A stretch of 63,970 nucleotides of DNA, filler included, from Reticulomyxa filosa (Eukaryota; Protista; Foraminifera), in assembly GCA_000512085.1 (NCBI GenBank). It is 20 parts of 20 records of this genome, joined end to end, with 100 filler letters (N's around TTAATTAATTAA, not from the genome) between each part and the next. Parts side by side here need not be neighbours in the genome. Positions count along the whole stretch, not along the records: positions 37,913 to 45,861 come from ASPP01022326.1; positions 45,962 to 46,985 come from ASPP01022736.1; positions 47,086 to 48,174 come from ASPP01017559.1; 17 more parts are not named here. One strand, given 5' to 3'. The notes under the pieces were generated by a model, which saw only the letters and a program-made list of their open reading frames with translations, was not told the DNA's origin and ran no database searches. Position numbers and translations under genes: made by a program. This document shows positions 37,995 to 48,174 of this stretch, piece by piece. The first letter of the stretch is position 1. Each line of letters starts with the position of its first letter.

Positions 37995-39113
37995 TTACAC
38001 TTCTGCTGTATGTACAGGAGAAGGCGACTGATGCAATACATCTCCCATAAAAATAACGGCGTTTTCAGGAATCTTAATATTCAGATCCGTAAAATTAATA
38101 TTCAACTCATTGCTCTTATTATCAACGTATGCTCCTATCATTGTCAACGTCTTTTCCTTTACTTCATTGATAATGTAATCGTTATCGTAGGCCACATTGC
38201 AATTCTTCATTACAGTCTCAAATGAATGCTCTGCCACGGTAGACGTATCTTTCATAAAAGAATAAAAAGATTGAATGTAACAATCAACAAGACTCTCTGT
38301 TAACAGTAAGCTCCTATCTGCATTAAATTGCTTATCAAATGCCTCAACTCCTCCTCCATTTGCATACATAGTCTCTTGTGCTTCACGCCCTTCGCTTTTA
38401 ATAAGTTCTATATCATAGCGGTTGGCATCTTCTGTCTTAAAGAAAAAATCTTTCACTTTATATATTGCATACCACGCACTAGTGAATAGGTCATGTTTAG
38501 CTTCTATCCCAGCTTTTTGAACTTGAAGAGATAATTTTTTACCTAGCAAATATTCAGTTGCATTAATATCCTTATCACTAAGGATATTCTTTGCTTGCGC
38601 TAAATAGTCTCCTTTTAATTCTTGCGTCGTAGATAATGCTTCAGCTGACTTCTTGATATCCTTAGCATGCGCTATCATACCACTAAGCTTATTCCTTTGC
38701 GCCAGCTGCTCATCATATAAATTCAGTGCATCCAATATCTTCTCTTGAATAGCAAGGTTGAACATGCCCGTATCTTCTATTGCTGTTTTCAAAAAGTTTA
38801 CTTGCTCCCCCGTTTTAAAATTATCAACAAGATCTGCATCATTAATCCCATCAAAATATTCCTTGGATTCATTCGCTTGCTCTAGAAAATGCTTTATATG
38901 ATTATATACACTTCCGCCTAGAACCTTCTTTATATGCATTGCTTCTATCGGATCTTCAATAGGCAAAACATTCTTTTGCAAGATGAGACCAATTTTATCT
39001 GTTTCACTTTGAAAGTTCAGCATATTTTTTATTGATTTAACTTTATGCTCTTTCAAAGCATTAGATCTATCGTGATATTTACTTGTCTTTTTAAAAATAT
39101 CATTTAATTGCAC
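37995..39113 (-). CDS. Bacterial hypothetical helical protein (372 aa)
   Basis: Intronless ORF; GAGG Shine-Dalgarno before GTG; terminator downstream. Confidence 0.8.
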   Translation of the reverse strand: MQLNDIFKKTSKYHDRSNALKEHKVKSIKNMLNFQSETDKIGLILQKNVLPIEDPIEAMHIKKVLGGSVYNHIKHFLEQANESKEYFDGINDADLVDNFKTGEQVNFLKTAIEDTGMFNLAIQEKILDALNLYDEQLAQRNKLSGMIAHAKDIKKSAEALSTTQELKGDYLAQAKNILSDKDINATEYLLGKKLSLQVQKAGIEAKHDLFTSAWYAIYKVKDFFFKTEDANRYDIELIKSEGREAQETMYANGGGVEAFDKQFNADRSLLLTESLVDCYIQSFYSFMKDTSTVAEHSFETVMKNCNVAYDNDYIINEVKEKTLTMIGAYVDNKSNELNINFTDLNIKIPENAVIFMGDVLHQSPSPVHTAEV

Positions 39114-39587
39114 TTTATACCTCTAAATTATTAAAAAAAACCACATCTTCCAATATGTAGAAGATAAAAAAAATTAACGCAAGTAAAAACTTCTCTAGCA
39201 AAAACAGGCATGGTATAGTAGAAAAAACTACAAAGGCATTTATAACTTTTGCTTGTTCATTTGGAGGAATGGGGTTGTATTGTATTGAAAATCTCATATG
39301 CCAAAGCATATGTCTTTTTGTTTACTACTTTAAATCCATACTTGATTTTGCCAAATCATAAAGATATCTCCAAAAACACATGAGTAAACCGATTAAGCCT
39401 ACTCATCTGAAACTATTAGAAAAGAAATAATTTATTAATAAATACTGTCAAAAATTGCATTAGCTTGCTCATATAAGCCTTTTGCTAATTCATGAACCTG
39501 TGTGTAAAGATCCTTAGCTACTTTTATCATATCTGGATTGTCACCATAAGAAAATCCAATTATACCAAAAACTGTTATAGAGAATGG

Positions 39588-40112
39588 CTAAGGTTGGTTT
39601 TTGAGTTTTTTTGCTTTTGTTGATATATAGTCAGTAAGTGCGAGTAATACTCCAGAAATAACAAAGACCAGATGGATGATTACCATCCATTGAATATTTA
39701 GTTGCGGTATTTTATCTATTTGCATAAATCTTTTTAAGAGGTGGATGCCAGAAATTGCCACAATAGATGCGACCAATTTTAATTTTACTTCTGAGAAGTC
39801 GACCGTCCCTTGCCAGTCAGGTTTGTCTTTATGGTTATCAATATCCATTTTTGATACGAAGTTTTCATATCCAGAGAATATGATTATTAATAAGAGATTA
39901 CCAGCCAGTGATAAATCGATAAGTGAGAGGACAGAGAGTACTGCATCATTTAGATCAAGAGAGGGTATTTTGATTATAAGCTCAAGCAGTTCAGTGGTGA
40001 AGACAGATAGTAATATTACAAGAGATAGAGCCAATCCTATGTAGAAAGGAGCTAATATCCATCTACTTGCAAAGAGACCATGTTCAATAAGTTGTTCCAG
40101 TTTATTGTTCAT
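39588..40112 (-). CDS. yqhA: UPF0114/TIGR00645 family membrane protein
   Basis: FASRWILAPFYIGL, LSLIDLSLAGNLL..SGYENFVSK, KLKLVASIVAISGIHLL. Confidence 0.9.
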   Translation of the reverse strand: MNNKLEQLIEHGLFASRWILAPFYIGLALSLVILLSVFTTELLELIIKIPSLDLNDAVLSVLSLIDLSLAGNLLLIIIFSGYENFVSKMDIDNHKDKPDWQGTVDFSEVKLKLVASIVAISGIHLLKRFMQIDKIPQLNIQWMVIIHLVFVISGVLLALTDYISTKAKKLKNQP

Positions 40113-40267
40113 CTTATTATGATTTATTGATTTTTAATAAAGGTCATTATAGAATGAGGTGATGGTTATAGCAAATGAACTGATGGGTGGTCATCCTGAA
40201 AAAGCTTTGTCTTATATAGTTTTAACAGATATCAAACCGTGGTAATGGGGTTAGGGAGCAAAAGTTA

Positions 40268-41560
40268 ATGACTTTAATGGATTATAAAACAGCAATCGAG
40301 CCAAGGAGTGTGATTTCATATTGGATGCAGGAACAGATAGATAAGTATCCATATAATATGAGAGAGAAGATACAGGCTCTAAAAGAGGAAGTACCGTTGG
40401 AGATAAGGCAGGATATGATGCTTTGCTTTTATAGTATTGAGAAAGGATTGATGAAGCTTTTTCAAATGGATTTTTGGTATTGTCGAGATTTTGCCGATGC
40501 AGCCAATAAAATGATCAAAGATTATAATATAACTATAGTTGATGGAGTTGAATTTGTCAGCCAGGGAGGAGATTTTTTACATACTGATTCATTTGGCAGG
40601 CATGCGACTGAAGAACAGAAACAGAGATGGTCGAAGGCGATAATTGAGGCACCTGTTATAGGGTTTAGTAAAGACATTGATTGGTCTGGTGGATTTATTA
40701 TAGAGCAGAATCTAATGTTATTTCCAGATCCATTTATGGTTAAGATTGGTCGGTGGAATAGTACATATAATCAGGTATCGAAGCATGACATATCTTGGGA
40801 TAAAAAGAAAGAGATAGCATTTGGGCGTTTTGCAGATGCTGAAAACCCCAAGCATGGGAAAACGCATGAAGAGCTAGCTAAGGATTGGGCAGTGGATCTA
40901 CCGAGGCTACATGCTGTTTTACTTTCTTTAAAGTATCCTGAATATTTGGATATAAGGCTTACGAGGATGATGCCAGGCTGGGATGATGATAGTGTATTAA
41001 AGATATTGGGTATTGGACATGATAAGGTTTTAGTTAATCGTACCGATATAGCCAATCATTTAGAGTATAAATACTTATTATCGATTGATGGTACTACAGC
41101 AGCGTGGGAAAGAGTAGAATGGATATTGTCATCGAACTCAGTATTGTTTTTAGTAGAGACTACCAAGAAGGAATGGTTTTATCCTCAGATGAAGGCTTGG
41201 GTTCATTATGTCCCGGTTAACAACGATCTGAGTGATTTGATAGAGAAGATCAAGTGGGCGATAAGTCACGATGAAGAGGTAAAGGAGATAGCTGAAGCGG
41301 GGAGCGAATTTATAAAGGATAATCTTCAACCTAAACAAATAAGCAATGACCTAATAAATGGAGTTTTTGATTACGCACAGAAATTTTATGCAAGTGAGCA
41401 GGTTGTGGAAGTAGATAGCGAGGTGACAATTACCAGGGATGATTATTATGATCAGAACATGTATTCGTATGTAGTAGCAGAAGCTGCATCTAGTTGTGTT
41501 TTAGCTGCTGGGCTTCGTCTTAGTGTAGCAATTGAATCTATTTGCTTTGACACACACTAA
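40268..41560 (+). CDS. Glycosyltransferase family 90 (CAP10/POGLUT-like) protein
   Basis: SWDKKKEIAFGR, YKYLLSIDG..AAW, LSSNSVLF, EWFY..KAWVHYVPV..DLSDL.EKIKWA.SHDEE..IAEAG. Confidence 0.88.
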   Translation: MTLMDYKTAIEPRSVISYWMQEQIDKYPYNMREKIQALKEEVPLEIRQDMMLCFYSIEKGLMKLFQMDFWYCRDFADAANKMIKDYNITIVDGVEFVSQGGDFLHTDSFGRHATEEQKQRWSKAIIEAPVIGFSKDIDWSGGFIIEQNLMLFPDPFMVKIGRWNSTYNQVSKHDISWDKKKEIAFGRFADAENPKHGKTHEELAKDWAVDLPRLHAVLLSLKYPEYLDIRLTRMMPGWDDDSVLKILGIGHDKVLVNRTDIANHLEYKYLLSIDGTTAAWERVEWILSSNSVLFLVETTKKEWFYPQMKAWVHYVPVNNDLSDLIEKIKWAISHDEEVKEIAEAGSEFIKDNLQPKQISNDLINGVFDYAQKFYASEQVVEVDSEVTITRDDYYDQNMYSYVVAEAASSCVLAAGLRLSVAIESICFDTH

Positions 41561-41564
41561 AAAG

Positions 41565-41600
41565 AAGGTCTCTGATTGATTGAATCAGAGACCTTTATTA
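41565..41600 (+). terminator. Rho-independent terminator
   Basis: Perfect 13-bp stem AAGGTCTCTGATT/AATCAGAGACCTT right after the GT90 stop. Confidence 0.8.
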
Positions 41601-41705
41601 TTAATTCAGACCACGGCTTTTGACCAAACATTAGTATTCATTTAATCGCCTTGAAATATTGGGATGTTACATAACAACGGCGTAATTAAATCAATCAAAA
41701 TTTTT

Positions 41706-42001
41706 ATGAAAGAATATAAATTTATTAGAGAAATAGCAAGCTTAACATATGTTGAAAAAATTATTTTGTATGGGTCGCGAGCCAGAGCAACTGGGAACGA
41801 AGAATCTGATATTGATTTAGCGATCTACTGTAAAAGTGCTAAAGACTCAGAGTGGCTAAAATTATTGAATTGGTTGAAGAAGCAGATACTCTCTTAGCCA
41901 TTGATTGCGTAAGATTAGATAATTTAAATGATACGGATAAACTTAAAAAAAATATGTTAAGTCAAGGTAAACTTATATATGACAAAGATAAAGGAGGGTT
42001 T
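41706..42001 (+). pseudogene. Minimal nucleotidyltransferase (MNT antitoxin), frameshifted in an A run
   Basis: IILYGSRAR....SDIDLAI motif; frame break at 41858-41861; continues IDCVRLD..QGKLIY. Confidence 0.8.
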
Positions 42002-42229
42002 ATGAGCAAAGAATACTGGAGTGATTTATTTGACACTTTAGGACAAGCGATACTTAGATTGAGAGAGGCTTTTGATAAGGCTAATAAACAAATTAAAGAG
42101 ATTGAGATATATAGGGATGCCACAATACAACGATTTGAGTTTACAGTAGAACTTTTTTGGAAGGTACTAAAAAAGTTTTTAACCTATGAGCAAATCAATA
42201 CAAACACTCCCTTATTTCTTTACTTTTAA
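42002..42229 (+). pseudogene. HEPN (HI0074-like) toxin/substrate-binding subunit, 3' truncated
   Basis: AGGAGG before ATG; RDATIQRFEFTVELFWKVLK motif; stops before the R-x4-H motif. Confidence 0.8.
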
Positions 42230-42870
42230 TATTGCTATCTTGTCTGCTCGATAATCTACCATTATACCGCTAACATTGCTATAGCAATGGATAAGCGCAC
42301 ATTTAGCTACTTTACTTGCTTGGTACTTTACTCATTGCTTACGCCTGTTATCTCTATTATGGTAACACTATCTTATGGTTTTTATATGACTCAAAAACTT
42401 GATGTTCTTTTGCACAAGCTGAAACAAAAAAATACTATTAATTTAAAGATTTTAAAAGCTATAGTCTTTAAAAAGTCCAACAATAAAAGCTAGATATTAG
42501 TAGAAAAATATTGATTACTTCTTATTTCCTTGATAAGGCTTTTAAAAAAAAACACTTATCATCAATTACAACGACTGCATATCACTCTTTCTATCCTTAG
42601 TCTATACTCGGTTAGGATACCTTTTTCTTATACTTCCTAAGAAAGCCACTTTCAACTACGAAAAGGTGACCTTTCAACTACTAGATACACCATATCTCCG
42701 TACATGTAGCGATCTTCTTAAATCTTTCTTAAATCTTCTTCATAAAAGAGGAGAAGAAAATTATAATATTAAAACTCAGAATAAATTTATAAAAGAAATA
42801 CTGATTAAAAATTTGCTGACAATCTATTTATCTTTCATTATTTTTTGCGCTAATCGAGAAAATTAGAGGC

Positions 42871-44211
42871 ATGGATGTCAGAGCATTCAAGAAATCACAT
42901 AAAAAGATATCTAAACTGAACGAAAACATAGATAAAATTTTTGCAACAACCGATAAGACTGATTTAGTCTTTAAATTAATAGGGGATTATAAAGTAAACA
43001 CTACGATTTTGCATAATGCTTTGCAAACTGTAGCGAAAGAATCTGCTGAATATATAAATCAATATGGTTTACAAGATCAATTACACAAATGTGAAACCCT
43101 TATTGAAAAATATGACAAAATATGGTCGAACATAAAGTTTTGCGTAGACGACGTAAATTCAAAGATAAATTTTGATGAAATTGAAGATGAAGAGCTGCAA
43201 AATTATGCTTTAATAAATGAGAAAGATATATATCAATTACCCATATTAGAAAAAGTACTTTATGCGAATGAAAAGCTAAAAAGTACAAAAGGGCCTGCTA
43301 ATGCCTTTCATGATACTAGTGTTAATTGGCTCAATGAGTTTAAAATTTTAATACAAGATTCGATGTTTGTTGACTCAATGAATAATCTCCAATTTAAAAC
43401 TTATGATGCATTCATAACAAAGTGCAAAGATCTTCAGATGCGAGGGGATAATCTTCAGAAGGTTTATACTATTTATCATGATATACATAATGCACTAGAT
43501 ATATCAAACTTTGCTCAAGATGGAGCAAAAAATGTAGATATTACAACGCAAGAAACTTATTATAACAGTATACTTAACAAATTTACCGCTATTTTGGGAT
43601 TCAAAGCGCAATATTTTACTACTACAACAAAAAATGTGCTGGGAAAAGAAACTACTTGGCTTGAATGGATAAAATTTTGGAAAGCTGAAGAAAAATCTAA
43701 AGAAGGCACAAACAAAGAAGCCTCTATTAATATTTCAGATGAGTTCAAAAATATAGATGATCCATTTATACTAGAGATAATTCATGAAAAGTTTCAGGCG
43801 TTTACGGAAGCTCTTGTTGATAGAGCTAAAATTGAATGTTTTAAAATAGGGATACAAAAACTACAAGACGGATCAGCTTGCAAAGTGAGAAGCTTAAAGG
43901 AAGATATTAAAGAAAATTTTGAAACACAATGTGGGGAAATTAACAAGGTTGCTAAAGACATAGTGAATAATTGTAAACAAATGTTTTATATGGAAACCAT
44001 ACATGATGAGTTAATAGAAAAAGCTATTGTTAATGCTAGTACCATCAGAGGTAAAAGTTTAGATGATGAAGCACATTCTTTACTCATTTGCTCACAAACA
44101 GAATGTCAACTACTAGATCCAGAAGTAACAGATGCAAAAAAAGTCTTTACTCTAGAAAATCCTAAAGATATACTAGTGCAAGATGCTATATACGATAATA
44201 ATGAGGTGTGA
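42871..44211 (+). CDS. Bacterial hypothetical helical protein (446 aa), probable distant paralogue of 37995-39113
   Basis: Intronless ORF with GAGG before ATG; colinear motif matches. Confidence 0.8.
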   Translation: MDVRAFKKSHKKISKLNENIDKIFATTDKTDLVFKLIGDYKVNTTILHNALQTVAKESAEYINQYGLQDQLHKCETLIEKYDKIWSNIKFCVDDVNSKINFDEIEDEELQNYALINEKDIYQLPILEKVLYANEKLKSTKGPANAFHDTSVNWLNEFKILIQDSMFVDSMNNLQFKTYDAFITKCKDLQMRGDNLQKVYTIYHDIHNALDISNFAQDGAKNVDITTQETYYNSILNKFTAILGFKAQYFTTTTKNVLGKETTWLEWIKFWKAEEKSKEGTNKEASINISDEFKNIDDPFILEIIHEKFQAFTEALVDRAKIECFKIGIQKLQDGSACKVRSLKEDIKENFETQCGEINKVAKDIVNNCKQMFYMETIHDELIEKAIVNASTIRGKSLDDEAHSLLICSQTECQLLDPEVTDAKKVFTLENPKDILVQDAIYDNNEV

Positions 44212-44221
44212 GGTAAAAAAG

Positions 44222-44773
44222 ATGGCAGGTAATATTTTTTTTAACGCTTTTGATGAACCACTTTTTAAAGTGTGGTATATAAATACTCCTATATATACCG
44301 AGGAAGATGAACGTATATATAAGAGCGTTTTTGGGGACGAAGCTTTTAGAGCGAAAAAAAATGCAATGGAAGGGGATACTGAAGCATATGAGGCTATGCT
44401 AAACAACCCTGTAAATACTAAAGAACAACAAAAAGCTTTTAAAGCGGAGTTCGGGCACAGGGCACTTATCTCGAGATTTGACATTGATCTCCAAGCAAAA
44501 CTTGGACGTACTAGTGACTCTGGCTTGGAATATTTTCGAGATCAAATTGCTGCAACTACTTTTAAAGATTTTATAAATTTTGTTCACAAATCTCTACCTG
44601 GTTTTACTAAAACAGTAAGTAAAGAAGCTACTAAAGTGCTTACTCTGCCAATAGAAGAAAAAATAGAAAGAGCGCTGCCTAACTTAGAAGAAGACTTCCC
44701 TATAGATCAGAATAATGGCTTTCTTATCTCCTCTATAGAATACATATCTTCATATTTATTTGGGCATGAATAA
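44222..44773 (+). CDS. Bacterial hypothetical protein (about 183 aa)
   Basis: GAGG before ATG at 44222, 10 bp after the upstream stop; likely co-transcribed. Confidence 0.7.
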   Translation: MAGNIFFNAFDEPLFKVWYINTPIYTEEDERIYKSVFGDEAFRAKKNAMEGDTEAYEAMLNNPVNTKEQQKAFKAEFGHRALISRFDIDLQAKLGRTSDSGLEYFRDQIAATTFKDFINFVHKSLPGFTKTVSKEATKVLTLPIEEKIERALPNLEEDFPIDQNNGFLISSIEYISSYLFGHE

Positions 44774-44899
44774 ATTATCATAGTTTTCCGTTTAATTATG
44801 TAAATTACTGCGCATAGGATATAAACTATCTTTTGGTTAGTATTGTTTTTCAACAAAACTAGTCTAGATTATTTATCTATGACTACTGTGTTATTATAT

Positions 44900-45645
44900 T
44901 CACAAATACTTTTTATCCTTAATATTAATTTTGTCTCCTATCCTCCTTTCTAATAGAAACTCTTTCTGAAATATAAATTTATAATCAATAAAGATAGTGA
45001 CCACGATTTCTTCATCAATTTCTTTAATGGTTATTATTTTCAGTGTTTTTGCTATAGATATAAAAGTGATCGGGTCAATAATCTCGGCACAAGCAATTAA
45101 TATCTTTCTTCTAATATCATCTTGTGCTTCTTTTATTATTTCTACTAATTCTCTCTTTGCCTTATCTATACTCTCTTATTGCTGAATATTCTCTGACGTT
45201 GATAAATGAGAATATACATTTGACGAAGTAGTTTGTTCTATTGTTCTTTTGGTAAGCAATGTCCAAATATATCCTTCAATATTCAAAATTTTATGCCCTT
45301 GCTTTACCTTATAAATAACTAAATCAAATACATTAGTTATTTTATTTAGTTTAAACCTTCCCAATAATTCATAAATATATTTTTTTGTAAGTCCTAATTT
45401 AATTCCATTACTAGTAACGTCTTCAAATTGTATATTATGTGTTACAATGTCTATGATATCGATATTAGATTCACTGGAACTAACGTGAGGTAGCATTGGT
45501 ATAGCCTTTCTATTAATAGAAAACGCTACTGCCGAAACCTTTCTATCCTTTTTTTGAATATGGGATTGTATTTCTAAACCGGTTTTATCATTAATTTCTA
45601 TTAAAGCAGGTTTTAATACTTTAAAAGTGCTTAAAAAGATTATAA
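44900..45645 (-). pseudogene. Plasmid-type replication initiator (Rep_3/RepB-like) remnant
   Basis: KVLKPALIEINDKTGLEI....KKDRKVSAVAFSI matches the Rep_3 winged helix; 5' part missing; internal TAA at 45176-45178 with about 90 more in-frame codons. Confidence 0.7.
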
Positions 45646-45649
45646 GTTA

Positions 45650-45676
45650 TGTCCTTGCCCCGTAAAATTGATCCAA
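45650..45676 (+). mobile_element. Possible IS3-family terminal inverted repeat remnant
   Basis: TGTCCTTGCCCCGTAAAATTGATCCA begins with TG exactly where rep similarity ends; no transposase or partner end seen. Confidence 0.3.
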
Positions 45677-47085
45677 AACTTGGTTAGTAAAAATAAAGCA
45701 AAAGAGCTAGCCTGATAAAGCAAGTAAATGGAGATAAATATACAAAGCAAGGACAAACCATCGGTTAGTTTAATAAGTATCTATAATCATTTGAATAAGC
45801 TCATCAAAAGAGAGTATAGGAATAGATGCTAAGTATTCAATATCTGTAAGCTCCTTATTTGNNNNNNNNNNNNNNNNNNNNNNNNNNNNNNNNNNNNNNN
45901 NNNNNTTAATTAATTAANNNNNNNNNNNNNNNNNNNNNNNNNNNNNNNNNNNNNNNNNNNNAGTGCAAAAGCTTCAAAAAAAAAAAGATTTTGCACGAGA
46001 TCAGATATATACAAGATAAACGAAACATCCAAAATGAACAGTCGAAACAAAATAATATTAACAATAAAGAATGTTGAGTAACTTTTCTATTAAATAAGCC
46101 GAAATGGCAACAGCGACAACATTCACATTATTTTCTTTAATAAGTGTTTAAATTTCATTTTTTGTTTTATTGTTAAAAGAAGTGAATTAAATCTCAATAT
46201 TTTGAAAACAAGGTCCACAGGATTCAGTTGAGCATTGCTCCTGTAATTCCCCCTGATCATTCTACAGGGAAGAGCCAATTTGTTTTCACAAACGTTAATT
46301 GATATCATCGTACAACCTTTGACTTAAAATTTTTTTTTCACTTGTTGATTGTGTGTGAATTTTTGACATGTTTTGTTGATCTTTTCCTTTTTTTTGTTTG
46401 TTTTCATTCTAAAAGGCCCGGAAACTAAAAAAAATAAAATGCTTCAACAATTTTTATGTTTGTTTTGCTTTGAGTGTTGAATTTTTTTCATTTTAATTTG
46501 ATTGATATTTAACCTTCGAAGCATATGACGTCATTATTTGCTGAAGTCTCGTAGAGTCTGAGCGTGGTCCCACCTATGAGCTGCACAGAGGTGAGCAATG
46601 CTACTGTGTGGTGATCAAAAAAGTTTTGTTGGTTAAATTGAGATCATTTTGAAATGATGCATTCTCTGTTTTCACCTAAACAAATTTTAAAATAAAATTA
46701 TTGCTTGAATGTCATTTGTTGGTTACTTTTTTGTAACGTATTGTATTATTCAGTACTGTATTCAAGTTTGAGTGAGGTGCTTGTTTTACAATATTTTCCT
46801 TTTTGTCAATTCATTCTTCCAGCTAAAAAAAAACCTCGCCCCAAAAGGAACACAGTACTAAAATTACAATGCCTTACAAAGTGATCAATAAAACAACATT
46901 TGCACGTTTTATGCATCATTATTAAAAACCAAAAGCAAAATAACACATTTAATATCAAAAATCTGAAAGAAAAATGAAACATAAANNNNNNNNNNNNNNN
47001 NNNNNNNNNNNNNNNNNNNNNNNNNNNNNTTAATTAATTAANNNNNNNNNNNNNNNNNNNNNNNNNNNNNNNNNNNNNNNNNNNN

Positions 47086-47139
47086 GTCGAAATCCGGGCG
47101 GACCGGCTTCCTGGTCGCTGCCGCTGCCTTCTGGGTCAT
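47086..47139 (-). CDS. N-terminus of a bacterial gene divergent from the SDR, partial
   Basis: GAGGA before ATG; MTQKAAAATRKPVRPDFD runs to contig edge. Confidence 0.45.
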
Positions 47140-47328
47140 TGAGGTTTCCTCGGTTCTGTCGATCGGACTTTCTGTTCAGCCAATCCCTACAGGCCTCAGT
47201 TTTCCGGTCAATAGGCTGCCCGAGCCCGGCGACGGGTCCAGCGGGGACAGGTCAACGAGGCGATGCCCACTGGATGGATACGACGTATCGTCGACGCGCA
47301 TTTGGCAATGCAATGAAAGGTGGCCGAT

Positions 47329-48098
47329 ATGGGAAGGCTCGACGGCAAGGTTGCTGCGGTGACGGGCGGGGCATCGGGGATCGGGGAAGCCACGGTCAGG
47401 CGTTTCGTCGCCGAGGGCGCCAGCGTTGCATTCTGCGATCGCGATGGCGAGCGTGGCCTTAGCGCGTGGCAGCTGAACTCCAGGCCTCCGGAGGGAGGGT
47501 CGCCTTCACCCAGGCGGACGTCGGTACTGAAGGCTGCGTGCCTCGCGTTCGTCAATGGCGCCGCGCAGAAGTTCGAGCGGATCGACATTCTCGTCAACAA
47601 TGCCGGGATCCGCAAATCGAGAAGATCGACCAGGCAAGCGCGGCGAGCTGGAATGAGATCCTCAACGTCAACCTGATGAGCTACGCCTTCTGTGCCAAGG
47701 CTGCGGTTCCGCTCATGCGCCACAACGAGGGCGGCGCCATCGTCAACGTGGCTTCCGTGCGCTCAGTCATTGCTGGGGGTGGCAACCTGCAGTACGACAC
47801 CACCAAGGCCGCGATCGCGGGCCTGACGCGGGCCCTCGCGGCCGACCATTCGGCGGAAGGCATTCGAGTGAACGCCGTCGGCCCAGGCCCGATCTTCACA
47901 CCGTTCCATCAGCGCCGTATCGAAGCCGCCGGGGAGACCGTCGAACAGTACAATGCCCAGGCCGCGCAGGGCACCATGCTCAAGCGCCCGGGCAGGCCCG
48001 AAGAGGTCGCCGCCGCGATCCTGTTCCTGGCCTCGGACGACGCTTCCTACGTCACCGGCGCCCTCCTGTTCGTGGACGGCGGGATGACGGCGCTATGA
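47329..48098 (+). CDS. Short-chain dehydrogenase/reductase (GC-rich bacterium), about three apparent frameshifts
   Basis: VTGGASGIG, LVNNAG, YDTTK, IRVNAVGPG, ASYVTG..VDGG. Confidence 0.9.
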
Positions 48099-48132
48099 GC
48101 CAGAGCGGACCGGCTTGGCCTGCTGACGATGC

Positions 48133-48174
48133 CTACTTGATCGCCAGCAGCTCGACGTCGAAGATCAGCGTGGC
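48133..48174 (-). CDS. FKBP-type peptidyl-prolyl isomerase C-terminus, partial
   Basis: ATLIFDVELLAIK*. Confidence 0.75.
   Translation of the reverse strand, partial: ATLIFDVELLAIK

Noticed and set aside
30769-45861. RNF213-like gene next to bacterial genes as horizontal transfer or a functional cluster
   Set aside because: Separated by a linker at 37813-37912; no real junction
46070-46130. VNVVAVAISAYLIEK on the minus strand as a sugar-transporter exon
   Set aside because: Too short, and no neighbouring exons could be built
47329-47620. Programmed frameshifting in the SDR
   Set aside because: Several scattered indels on a short contig fit low-coverage error better
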